Notes: generated by a model not told the origin, from the sequence alone. DNA of 64,000 nt from Candidatus Bathyarchaeota archaeon (GCA_963771885.1 CAVYVF010000023.1:896001-960000), one strand, 5' to 3'; shown: positions 50,876 to 60,358, counted from the stretch's first letter. Made by a program: numbers and translations.

Positions 50876-51805
50876 ATGCCTGATTTCGGAGTAACACATG
50901 AGTCCGCCGACCTGAAGAGGGTCATGGTACATCATCCGGGGAACGAGCTCAATGAGGCCAACCGTGACCCCGTCGCGCACCACTTCGAATGCGCCGTTGA
51001 CGTAAAGCAGTTCCAACACGATCACCAGCTACTCATGGACGCGCTCCGCGAGGCAGGTGTCGAGGTCCTCGACGTTGGGACACTGCTCGCCGACGACAAG
51101 CAGATGCAAGGGCTGATCAAGCACGCGCCGAACCTCGTCTTCACACGCGACTCCAGCACAGTCACGGAGGCAGGGGCTATCCTGTTCCGCATGGGGCTAC
51201 CTAGCAGACGCGCCGAGACGCCTATCATAAGAGCAGCGCACGAGGCGGCGGGGACTCCCATCGCCCACCAGATGAAGGAACCGATGACATTCGAAGGCGG
51301 AGGCTTCGCTCTCCTCGAGGGAAAGGTCGCCGTCGCGGGTAAATGCGACAGATCCAACCAGAGCGCCCTCGACGACCTCCGCAGCTTCCTCCTCAACGAG
51401 CAGATAGTCGACCAGTTCATACAACTCAACATGCCGAAGGGCTGCGTCCACATCGACGGAGAGTTCGCGGAGCTACCCGGGAAGAGAGCTATAGCACTCA
51501 GGGAGGCGCTCCAGATGTACTCGGCCAACTTCTACACGAGGGGCGAGCAGTGGGACGGTGACTACGTCGAGTGGCTTATCGACGACGGATACGACATCAT
51601 AGAGATCACTAAGCAGGAGGCCCTCGACGCGGCGGCGAACTTCCTCACCGTCCATCAGGACCTCGTCATCCAGTACACGGGGAACGATCGCGTCATGAAG
51701 GAGGTCCGGGAGAGGGGGATCGAGGTGGTACAGATACCCGGCGACGAGATGAAGAGGGGCTGCGGCGGCATCCACTGCATGACCTGCCCCGTCCTCAGGG
51801 TATAA
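50876..51805 (+). CDS. Arginine deiminase / amidinotransferase superfamily enzyme
   Basis: PNLVFTRD, EGG, HID, GGIHCMTCP. Confidence 0.85.
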   Translation: MPDFGVTHESADLKRVMVHHPGNELNEANRDPVAHHFECAVDVKQFQHDHQLLMDALREAGVEVLDVGTLLADDKQMQGLIKHAPNLVFTRDSSTVTEAGAILFRMGLPSRRAETPIIRAAHEAAGTPIAHQMKEPMTFEGGGFALLEGKVAVAGKCDRSNQSALDDLRSFLLNEQIVDQFIQLNMPKGCVHIDGEFAELPGKRAIALREALQMYSANFYTRGEQWDGDYVEWLIDDGYDIIEITKQEALDAAANFLTVHQDLVIQYTGNDRVMKEVRERGIEVVQIPGDEMKRGCGGIHCMTCPVLRV

Positions 51806-52048
51806 CTCGATTCAAGTAAAAATAGGGTCGTTGACCACTTTCCACGTTCAAAAACGATGATTTTTCAGGTTCATTTTCGTGATTTATGCTTCACTTAGCG
51901 TGCATTTTTCGTATCCCGCTCAACATGAATGGGGCCGTTTTAATTCATCTTTATAGAGACTGACCAAATTTCGAGTTTGAAAAAATACCCTCCTCCCCTC
52001 TTCTCCTGTAATCGGTCCACTCAGGGTATCCGAACAGTAATGATTTTA

Positions 52049-52065
52049 TATAATACTATATTATA
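52049..52065. promoter_or_regulatory. Palindromic operator overlapping the TATA box of the marR-nitroreductase operon
   Basis: TATAATA-CTA-TATTATA perfect 7-3-7 inverted repeat overlapping TTTTATATA (52044-52052), 22 nt before the marR ATG. Confidence 0.6.
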
Positions 52066-52087
52066 GGGTACCACTCCGGTATACACT

Positions 52088-52531
52088 ATGAAGAAAACGC
52101 AGGGCGGTTACCTCATCTCCAAAATACACCAGACCAGCGACAGGGTGTTCAACCGCCTCCTCAGGGAGGCGGGGATAGAGGAAATCAACCCAGCGCAGGG
52201 CAGGATACTCTTCGCCCTCTGGAAGAGAGATGACGTGCCCATCACCGAGTTGGCGAGGGAGACGCTACTACACAAGTCAACCCTAACGAAGATGCTAGAT
52301 CATCTAGAAACCTCAGGACACATCAGCAGGGTTCAGCCCCCGGGCGACAGGAGGGCGACGCACATACGCCTCACGGAGAAGAACCGGCGCCTGAAGGCGA
52401 AGTACGACGCCGTATCCAATGAGATGAGGGTGATCTACTACCAAGGTTTCACCGACGAGGAGATAGCACTACTCGGTACCCTTCTGGAACGGGTCCTAGA
52501 CAACCTCATGGAGCAAGCCGGAGAGGAGTGA
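52088..52531 (+). CDS. MarR family transcriptional regulator
   Basis: Q.RILF.L, ITELA, STLTKMLD.LE..G.I.R, DRR...LT. Confidence 0.9.
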   Translation: MKKTQGGYLISKIHQTSDRVFNRLLREAGIEEINPAQGRILFALWKRDDVPITELARETLLHKSTLTKMLDHLETSGHISRVQPPGDRRATHIRLTEKNRRLKAKYDAVSNEMRVIYYQGFTDEEIALLGTLLERVLDNLMEQAGEE

Positions 52532-52537
52532 ATAATT

Positions 52538-53155
52538 TTGGAGTTTTACGAAGCAGTACGTAGAAGAAGAACGGTACGAGAATACAGCAGCAGGCCGGTC
52601 GAGGAAGAGAAGATACGCAGAGTTCTCACCGCGGGGCTCAGAGCGCCCGCGAACGCTCACCTGAAGGAGTGGCAGTTTATCCTCCTCAGGAACCCCGAGA
52701 ACAGGCGCAGAGCACTCGTCGATGCCCTGCACGCCCGTGACCTAAAGGACAAGAAGGGCATAGAGGACATCATCGAGACGATGCCTTACGAGGAGTTGAA
52801 GGAGGTCTATAGGAAGAGCCTCCCCTTACAACTCACGATGATGCTGGAGGCGCCTGAGCTACTCCTCGTTTGTTACAGGATGAGGAGGCCGCTCGCCGAG
52901 GTGAAGACGCTGTTTGAGCTGAACAACCTCGCGTCTGTGTGGTGCTGCGTGGAGAACATCGTCCTCGCTATGGCGGCGGAGGGGCTCTACGGGTGCACAT
53001 ACTCACCTTACAACACGGCGGATCTGAAAAAGTACCTCGGGCTGCCCCATGATATGGAGGTCGCCGTACTCATACCTATTGGCTACCCGAGGGCAGAGCC
53101 GGAGGAGAGGATATCAGAGGATCTGGACGCCCGGCTGCACATCGACAGGTGGTAG
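52538..53155 (+). CDS. Nitroreductase family protein
   Basis: RRTVREY, AP...K.W.F, EN..LA.AAEGL, IGYP. Confidence 0.88.
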   Translation: MEFYEAVRRRRTVREYSSRPVEEEKIRRVLTAGLRAPANAHLKEWQFILLRNPENRRRALVDALHARDLKDKKGIEDIIETMPYEELKEVYRKSLPLQLTMMLEAPELLLVCYRMRRPLAEVKTLFELNNLASVWCCVENIVLAMAAEGLYGCTYSPYNTADLKKYLGLPHDMEVAVLIPIGYPRAEPEERISEDLDARLHIDRW

Positions 53156-54796
53156 CTACACGAAAGGGAGCGTGGCCCTCTTCGCCTTCCACCCTTCGGG
53201 CTTCGTTCCGTCAATGCCCAGGCCACCGTTTTGCATTGTGAAGTCGTCCCCCGGCTGGAATCGGGTCGCCATGCCCCAGACGACTTGGCGTAGATCGGAG
53301 GCGTCTACATCGTCGTCGACGCATATCGTCACCCCGGGGCCCTTCACGAGCCTCCTTAGCGCGTCCTTTGCGTCGGAGCCTGGGTGCATCCTGAGTACGG
53401 TGAGGCGCCCGTCGCCGAGAGGTTGCACCACCTCGTCTACGCCGGGCCAGTCGATCCCCGAAGGATTTCTGCCCTTCACGACCTTCACCGGCCCGGTGGC
53501 GACCATGATCGCCTTCGACGCGGTTCCGTCTGGGGACGAGGATGGGTCGAGCCTGTGGCAGAAGACGTCGTGGAGCATCTCTATCCCCGAACCAGTAGTC
53601 ATGTCGCACCTCTCCGCCGCCGCCCCAAGGCACGCGCCAAGGTCATCGACATCAACACCAGAGGGTAGGAGCAGAACCAGCTTCAGGTAGGGGTCGAGGC
53701 CCAGCACCAGCGTGCCTAGCTGCTTGGCATACCCCGGCACCTTCGACGCCGCCTCATCCATCGAGACGAGGCAGACGTAATGCGTCCCTGAGACGGGCCA
53801 GGACATGTCCCTGACAGCGGGAATCGGTGAGAAGGCAGAGACGGCGCCGAATATCCTCGCCTGCTTCGGCAGCCCGCTGAGGAGGAGATGCTCATCCGAG
53901 TTACTCGGCATAATCGTCTGGTAGATGGCGTCCCGCCGCATCGATACGCAGTCGACCTCGAGTACGTTCCTCGTCGACCTCCCGCTCAGATAGCCGCTGT
54001 ACTCGGTGAATGGGCCCTCGTCCTCCTCGGCGAGGGTTATTCTGCCCTCGAGCACGATCTCGGCGTCGGCGGGGACGGGGACATCTATCGTCTCAGCCTT
54101 TACGAGGCGCAGGGGCTCTCCAATTAGCGACCCGGTGACGGCGTACTCGCCTGTTATCTTCGCAGCCGCGGCGAGGTAGAGGGCCGGGTGGGCGCCAATG
54201 ATGACCGCTACCTCCAACGGCTTTCCCTTCGCCTTTGACTTCTCGAAGTAGCTCCACATGTTCCCCCTGCTGTGCAGCGTCGTCCCGATCTTCGCTCTGC
54301 CCTTGAGCTGCATCCGGGCGTAAGATAGGTTGACGACCTCGGGTCTGTCTGGGTCACGCGCAGCGACGAGGCCGCTCGTGATGTACCTGCCGGCGTCCTG
54401 CTCGTAGAACCTGAGTATCGGGAGCTTTGTCAGGTCGACGTATGACCCCCGTTGTATAACGTCCTTCACGGGTCCTATGGGGACCGTCGTGGGTTCGATG
54501 GTCTTCGCCATGAGGGATCCCCACTCCCTATACATGTCGGGACGCGTTGCGACGGGGTTCCTCGCCCCCTCGAGTGCGAGCTTTATCCTGTTCACGTGCC
54601 CGAAGACGTTGACGAGGACGGGCTGGCTGAAGCCCTTCACGTTCTCGAGGATGAGGGCTGGGTTCCCCGGCATCCGCGCCATCTCCTCGATCCTCCTGGT
54701 GACATCATATTCATGGCTCAGAGGCTCCTTGACCTTGACGAGTTGATCGGGCAGGAAGCGCTCGACCTTTTCGAGGTACGATCTTAGGTCGCGCAT
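53156..54796 (-). CDS. UbiD family prFMN-dependent (de)carboxylase
   Basis: DLTKLP, DAGRYIT, VPADAEIVLEG, EGPFTEYSGY, VDDDVD...V.W..ATRFQ. Confidence 0.9.
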   Translation of the reverse strand: MRDLRSYLEKVERFLPDQLVKVKEPLSHEYDVTRRIEEMARMPGNPALILENVKGFSQPVLVNVFGHVNRIKLALEGARNPVATRPDMYREWGSLMAKTIEPTTVPIGPVKDVIQRGSYVDLTKLPILRFYEQDAGRYITSGLVAARDPDRPEVVNLSYARMQLKGRAKIGTTLHSRGNMWSYFEKSKAKGKPLEVAVIIGAHPALYLAAAAKITGEYAVTGSLIGEPLRLVKAETIDVPVPADAEIVLEGRITLAEEDEGPFTEYSGYLSGRSTRNVLEVDCVSMRRDAIYQTIMPSNSDEHLLLSGLPKQARIFGAVSAFSPIPAVRDMSWPVSGTHYVCLVSMDEAASKVPGYAKQLGTLVLGLDPYLKLVLLLPSGVDVDDLGACLGAAAERCDMTTGSGIEMLHDVFCHRLDPSSSPDGTASKAIMVATGPVKVVKGRNPSGIDWPGVDEVVQPLGDGRLTVLRMHPGSDAKDALRRLVKGPGVTICVDDDVDASDLRQVVWGMATRFQPGDDFTMQNGGLGIDGTKPEGWKAKRATLPFV

Positions 54797-54835
54797 GAAG
54801 GTAGGTTGGGTGCACGGGATAAAAGACCGTCGAGG

Positions 54836-56524
54836 TCACTTGAAGAGGTCGGGTTGGAACTCCTTGAAGCCCTCTGGGAAGTCCCAGGGGTCTACGTCGA
54901 ACTGGACCATGGCGGGGACGCCGCGGTCGTTCTCCTTCTTCGCCCTCTTCAACGCCTTCTTTATGTCCTCGGGGTCCGTGACCCGTGTACCGTAGCACCC
55001 CGAAGCCTCCGCAATCTTCACAAAGTCGGGCTGCGCCTCAAAGTCTACGGCGATATATCGCCCCTTATTCGCCTTCTCGTGGAGCTTTATCCAACCGAGG
55101 CTATCATTGTTGAGCACGATCCACGTGACTGGCGCCTTGTACTGTACGGCAGTGGGCATCTCCTTCATGAACATCTGGAACGCGCCATCCCCCGTCGTAC
55201 AGACGACGGGTCTCTCCGGTGCGGCGAGCTTCGCGCCTATGCAGCCAGCGACTGCGAGTCCCATGCAGGTCTGCTCTGCGGGCGCCACGCATCCGTCCAG
55301 TGCGCCGACCGCCCAGTAAGGCCAATAGTAGCTCCACAGGTCCTGGCTACCGTTCTCGTTGACGAGCACGGTCTTCGCCCCGAAGACGCGACACGCCTCG
55401 TAGACGACCCTCTTCGTCTTGATGAGCTTCGACGAGTCATTGCACTCCTCAGCGACCTCGGCGATGTAGGCTGCCGTGGCGTCGATGATCGTCTTGACGC
55501 GGGGCATTTTTAACAGGGGTGTCTTCTTCACTCTGCTACTCGTGTATGCGAGCAAATCCTGCAGGAAGAGTTTAGCGTCAGCTGCGATTGCTATGGCGGG
55601 CGTGAAGTTCCGCCCAAGCTCGTCTGCGTCGATGTCGACCTGCACGAACGCTGCTCCTTGCGGGTAATAGCGCCACCCCGCGGTCTGGAACTCCTCGTTC
55701 TTACTGCCGAGTGAGATGACTAGGTCCGCCGACTGGTACGCTTCCCGGCTGAGCCGTGTCCTGTAAAGTCCTACCTGTCCAAGATAGAGCGGATGGTCCT
55801 CGGGGATGACCCCGCGCCCGCTCGGCGTAGTAAGAACCGGTACCCCGAAGAGCTCTGCTAACATGCTAAGCTCCGCTGAGCACCCACTGTAGAGAGCACC
55901 ACCACCGGAAACGATTACCGGCTTCTCGGCGACGAGCAGCAGCTCTGCTGCGCGCTTCAACGCCTCAGGATCCGGCCTCATCCTTGTGAAGGGTATCGAG
56001 TGTGTGTAGCGGTTCTCCTTCACCTTCTCCTGCCCAACGTCGAAGGGGACTTCAAGATAAACGGGTCCCGGTTTCCCGTTAACGGCTAGGCTGAAGGCGC
56101 GCCTCGTTGCCCACGATGCACGATCCGCCCTCGGCACCCTGAAGCCCCATTTCGTAATGCCCCTGAAGACCTCCATCTGGGGGGCCTCTTGGAACGCGCC
56201 TTCTCCCTCATGGCAAAGCGCCGCCGAGCCTCCGAGCGCTAGCATGGGGACACAGCCGCTCCATGCCTCGAGAACCCCCGGTACGAGGTTCAAGACCCCG
56301 GGGCCGGGGCTCGCGAAGCAGACTCCGGGGCTCCGCCTCATTTTCCCGTAGGCGTAAGCCATGAACGCACCCGAGGCCTCGTGGCGCACAAGGACGGGCT
56401 TAATATCCGAATCATAAAGCGAATCATAGAGGGCGTCGGGGTGCCCTGGGAGGCCGAAGACGTAGCCTACCTTCTCCTCAGACAAACCCCTGACGATGAC
56501 GTCCCAAGCACGCACATCAACCAA
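54836..56524 (-). CDS. Thiamine-diphosphate-binding enzyme (ALS/benzaldehyde lyase-like)
   Basis: FGLPG, RHEASGAFMA, GPG..N, AFQE, GDGAF...NN. Confidence 0.88.
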   Translation of the reverse strand: MVDVRAWDVIVRGLSEEKVGYVFGLPGHPDALYDSLYDSDIKPVLVRHEASGAFMAYAYGKMRRSPGVCFASPGPGVLNLVPGVLEAWSGCVPMLALGGSAALCHEGEGAFQEAPQMEVFRGITKWGFRVPRADRASWATRRAFSLAVNGKPGPVYLEVPFDVGQEKVKENRYTHSIPFTRMRPDPEALKRAAELLLVAEKPVIVSGGGALYSGCSAELSMLAELFGVPVLTTPSGRGVIPEDHPLYLGQVGLYRTRLSREAYQSADLVISLGSKNEEFQTAGWRYYPQGAAFVQVDIDADELGRNFTPAIAIAADAKLFLQDLLAYTSSRVKKTPLLKMPRVKTIIDATAAYIAEVAEECNDSSKLIKTKRVVYEACRVFGAKTVLVNENGSQDLWSYYWPYWAVGALDGCVAPAEQTCMGLAVAGCIGAKLAAPERPVVCTTGDGAFQMFMKEMPTAVQYKAPVTWIVLNNDSLGWIKLHEKANKGRYIAVDFEAQPDFVKIAEASGCYGTRVTDPEDIKKALKRAKKENDRGVPAMVQFDVDPWDFPEGFKEFQPDLFK

Positions 56525-56639
56525 AACCGTGACCCAGAGAAAATACCTATGGATAAGAAGATAAAACCTAGTCTCGAAGAGTCAGAACCAACGGAAAAAA
56601 CTATCCCGTCAGACATCAAACTATACCCGGTGTAGGAAG

Positions 56640-57110
56640 ACGAGCAATGTAGTCTACGAGGACAAGTTCTTCATCGTCGAGAGCCCTGATCACCCCCTGA
56701 ACTGCAGGGACGACGGAGGCCACCTCATCATGAGCAAGAAGGAGAGGGTCTTCGACCGCTCCGACATGACCGCTGAGGAGGCGATCGACTTCATGCGAAT
56801 ATCGATGATGGTAGGTAAATCCATGTACAGAGTCCTCGGCATCGAAAGGATGAACTACGAGGACCTCGCCAACTGGGGGCTGGACACCCCAGGTGGCCCG
56901 AAGATGCACCTCCATTTCTTCGGCAGGGCGAAGAGGCAGATACACCAGATCCGGGGGCAGCACATCGCCCTCTTCCCCAAGGGTCACCCCATCTACGAGG
57001 GCCACCTCAAGCCATTCACGGCGGAGGAGATCATGAATCTTAGGACAGAGATAGATAAGATCTCCCGCGAAGAGAAATACGTGAAAATGGCCGAGTTGGC
57101 CGGCCTTTAG
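56640..57110 (+). CDS. HIT-like domain protein, apparent ACG start 30 codons upstream of the track's ATG
   Basis: (T/M)SNVVYEDKFFIVESPDHPLNCRDDGGHL...RMNYEDLANW...MHLHFFGR. Confidence 0.7.
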   Translation, partial: TSNVVYEDKFFIVESPDHPLNCRDDGGHLIMSKKERVFDRSDMTAEEAIDFMRISMMVGKSMYRVLGIERMNYEDLANWGLDTPGGPKMHLHFFGRAKRQIHQIRGQHIALFPKGHPIYEGHLKPFTAEEIMNLRTEIDKISREEKYVKMAELAGL

Positions 57111-57113
57111 AAC

Positions 57114-58044
57114 CTACTTCTTCTGGGAATGAGGCTTGGGTGAGGACTCTTCATCGTCCTCATCATCGTCATCGCCCCTGCCGCCGTAGATGAACTGGAG
57201 GTCGTCGAAGCTGAGCTTCTCTCCCGCCGCCATCTTGCGTTGAGCCTCCGTGCGTAGCGCCTCGACGCGTGCGTTGACCTTCGCCATCTTGTCACGCTCG
57301 ACCTTTATATCGTCGGCGCGGAGACCATCCCTGATGCCGCGTACCTGCGAGCCATAAGCCGTCGAGTTCCTGCTCAACCTTCTTGACCTCCCCAAGGTAC
57401 TCGACGAACTTGGCGTGTGCCTGGTTCGCCTTCTCCCTTTCATCGTCCGCCTTGCGGTGGAGGAGGAGCATCGACTCGTGGTGTTTCTGGCTCTCCTCGC
57501 GGAGCGTGTTCATCTCGTCGCGTATCTGGCGGATGTTCATCTCCGTCGCCTTGGCTTCGGCGGTCGCCTCCATGGTGGCCTCCGTGCGCTTCGGCGGCTT
57601 CTTGAATGTGCTCAGCCTTCGGCGAAGTGAGTTGGCGCGCTCGACGAGCTCGAGTTCCCTCTCCTTGTCGAGCATGTCGCGCGTAGGAGTCGTCATGACC
57701 TCCCACTCTACTGTGTTGAGGTCGCGCTCGACGCGCTTCTTCTTCGGCATCTCCCTGTAGCCCTGCTGGACCTGCTGTTCAATGCCGGCGAGCTTCTTCC
57801 GCTTCTCGTCGAGTTGGTCGTAGAGTGGTTGTAGCTTCGCCTTTATCTCGGCGACGCGGGCGTTGATCTTGTCCCGCTCCTCCTTATGCTTTATCGCCTC
57901 CTCGCGCATCTTCCGGGCGGACTCGTTTATCCTGTCCCGCTCATCGCGCCAGCGATTGACGTGTTCGAAAAGTTCGCTCCGCTTCCTGCGGAGATCGGAA
58001 GTCATGTTCTCAAGCTGGTCGAGCTTGAGGTCGTTACCGGCCAT
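57114..58044 (-). CDS. Archaeal long coiled-coil protein (COG1340-like), +1 frameshift near 57350
   Basis: Heptad-rich; EWEVMT, ERELVE-like, HHESM, AHAKFV, GEKLSFDDL motifs; acidic tail. Confidence 0.78.
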
Positions 58045-58265
58045 CAGCAAATTACACCGCTTAGGGGTCTCAGACCTACGCCTACTATTGACCTCGCATC
58101 CTATTCAAAAAGGAATCGGCTCCCAGAAGGGTTCGTAGCGGACACAACGAGTTGCATGGGGTGTTTTCAAAGCTTTTTCGGGGTATTTTACGTTTTCATA
58201 TGGTTTAACTTATATGTAAAAATACCTAAATATTAAACTGTCCGGCTGTTGAAGCTTTACATTGC

Positions 58266-58520
58266 TTGGAGTCAACATTCGGCTTAATCTCGTCACTCGT
58301 GACGCTCGCATGCATGCTTATTTTCTTCGTCTATGCAATGAAGTATTACGACTCCAGAACATTACCTTGGCAACGCTCGGGGGGAAGAGGCAGCAGGTTA
58401 ACGAAGAAAGGAATGAAGGTCCCGGCGACTGGAGGGATGCATCTCTCGTCTCGCGCGCTAAGCCTGCGCCGTTCCCCCACACCAAGTGACCACGTTACTC
58501 GTTCCCGAGAACATCGCTGA
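58266..58520 (+). CDS. Possible small single-TM protein
   Basis: N-terminal hydrophobic segment then basic tail; AT-rich TATA-like region upstream. Confidence 0.3.
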   Translation: MESTFGLISSLVTLACMLIFFVYAMKYYDSRTLPWQRSGGRGSRLTKKGMKVPATGGMHLSSRALSLRRSPTPSDHVTRSREHR

Positions 58521-58724
58521 CATTTCCATGGTCACCCCCTTAACCTCTAAAAGCTCCTTGATCTAAAGATAGTAATTAAGTTGAAAGGGGTGCCTTAAAC
58601 GCTCCTTTCAACCAACGAAGCCGTTTTCGCTCTTATGTTTATTATCTTTAATTGGGTAGATTTTGGACTTACCTCGCTTAGTCTAGGCGAATCAGATTTA
58701 TCCCTGATACATATCATGGAATTC

Positions 58725-60254
58725 ATGGCCCTCTTAAAGAGGCTGTTAACCGGTCTACTAATCACGGCTGTCATCGCCGTCCTCGTTCTCGGCTACTTCG
58801 GTTTCATCCCCGGCGTCTCCGACCTGATGGGGGCGAACACCCCGCGTGACCTTGGCGTCCAACCCACATCGGCTGTGCTCGCCTCAGTGAACGCGAAGCT
58901 CGGTGTCTCCTACTCGACGCTCCCGTCAAGCGCAACGGGCGCGGCTTCCCTCCAGGAGTCGGGGAGCCAACAGATCAGCGTCCAGCTCACCTCGGAGGAG
59001 GTGACGGCGCTCATCAACGACCACGCCAAGAGGTGGAAGTACTACCCCATCACGGATGTCCAGGTTAAGATAAACGCCGACAACACAATCGAGCTCTCAG
59101 GGAGGCTGCGCGTCGATAGATGGAGCGGATACGCCGACGCTATCGGGCTAACAGAGGAGATCCGGGATCAGTTACGCCCATATCTGGGCTACGTTAAGAC
59201 GAGCCCATCCATCTACATGAGAGGGTCGCTGACCCTGCAGGGCTACGCTTCAATTATGACGGAGGAATTACAACTCGGCAGGGTTCCGGTGCCTGCTGAC
59301 CAGATCAACGAGTACGACGGCATCCTTGAGTACTTCGTAGAGGAGGTATCGAACCTATACCAACTACAAATAAGCCAACTCTATGCCTCTGGTGGATCAC
59401 TAACAGTCACGGGTAGTATCCCGACGAGTGTGGCTCTTGCGCCACCAGTGGAGGAGCAGGCAGTCATACGCCAGTCAGCGTTCTGGGCTCCCGACCCTGA
59501 GAAGGCTATACAAGCCTTCGGCCTCGTAACCCTCGTCTATGTCGTTGGCAATCTGCTGCGCGCCCAGCTGAGCAACTTAGGCGAGAAGCTTGGGAGCATG
59601 CTCCCAAGCGGTATCCAGATGTGGATTGAGAACTACCTCGGCTCTAAAGGAGAATTATCCGTACAAGCGGGTTTGGGTTCGGTGTTCAAGCTTACCAGGG
59701 TCGAGCTGATAGCTTACGCAATTGCTTTGGTTACGCTGACAGTGGCGTTCGCTTACTCTAGCGCGGCGACGCTGGAGGAGGTTCTTATCGGTATCCCTAT
59801 CATCCTTGGTACGAGTATTCTCATCGAGTTCCTAAAGAATTACCTGCTCAACGTCTTCTCGCGTCGTAAGGGGGCGTGGGTGGAGTATCGCATTTGGGCC
59901 CCCGGCTGGTTAATGTTCGCCGTCTCAAGTTTCTTCTTCAAGACCCCCTTCTCCTCTCCGAGTAAGACCGCGAAGCACGCGTGTCCCGAGTCAGAGCAGA
60001 TATGTGGACTCATGGCGGTCTCCTCCGTGGTGCTCGTTCTCCTCTTCGGTGCGGGTTTCTACTATGTGAGCACTCAGGGAATCTCCGAGATAGGCAACAT
60101 CGGCCTCGGCATGTGCCTGCTGGCCGCGTTCTTTGATAGTATACCCATCCCACCGCTAAACGGTAAGGACATATGGGACTGGAACAAGACTGCGTCGATC
60201 CTCCTGCTCGTAGCGACGTTCGCCGCGAACCTCTACTGGCTCATGATGATGTAA
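58725..60254 (+). CDS. Membrane protein: extracellular domain plus degenerate peptidase M50-like TM domain
   Basis: N-terminal TM, about 240-aa soluble domain, 7-8 TMs, C-terminal AFFDSIPIPPLNGKDIWDWN. Confidence 0.7.
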   Translation: MALLKRLLTGLLITAVIAVLVLGYFGFIPGVSDLMGANTPRDLGVQPTSAVLASVNAKLGVSYSTLPSSATGAASLQESGSQQISVQLTSEEVTALINDHAKRWKYYPITDVQVKINADNTIELSGRLRVDRWSGYADAIGLTEEIRDQLRPYLGYVKTSPSIYMRGSLTLQGYASIMTEELQLGRVPVPADQINEYDGILEYFVEEVSNLYQLQISQLYASGGSLTVTGSIPTSVALAPPVEEQAVIRQSAFWAPDPEKAIQAFGLVTLVYVVGNLLRAQLSNLGEKLGSMLPSGIQMWIENYLGSKGELSVQAGLGSVFKLTRVELIAYAIALVTLTVAFAYSSAATLEEVLIGIPIILGTSILIEFLKNYLLNVFSRRKGAWVEYRIWAPGWLMFAVSSFFFKTPFSSPSKTAKHACPESEQICGLMAVSSVVLVLLFGAGFYYVSTQGISEIGNIGLGMCLLAAFFDSIPIPPLNGKDIWDWNKTASILLLVATFAANLYWLMMM

Positions 60255-60358
60255 CCCGCCGGTCAAACTATACTAGTTTTTATCAGCAAATACAATGCTC
60301 CGGGTACACCTCACCATAAAGTTAAACTTCATAATCCGTGCAAATCTATACGAATATC

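Noticed and set aside
58520..58600. GTTGAAAGGGGT as an ORB/replication origin or a CRISPR repeat end
   Set aside because: No repeated TTCCAxTGGAAA-type boxes, no cdc6/orc1, no direct-repeat/spacer periodicity and no cas genes
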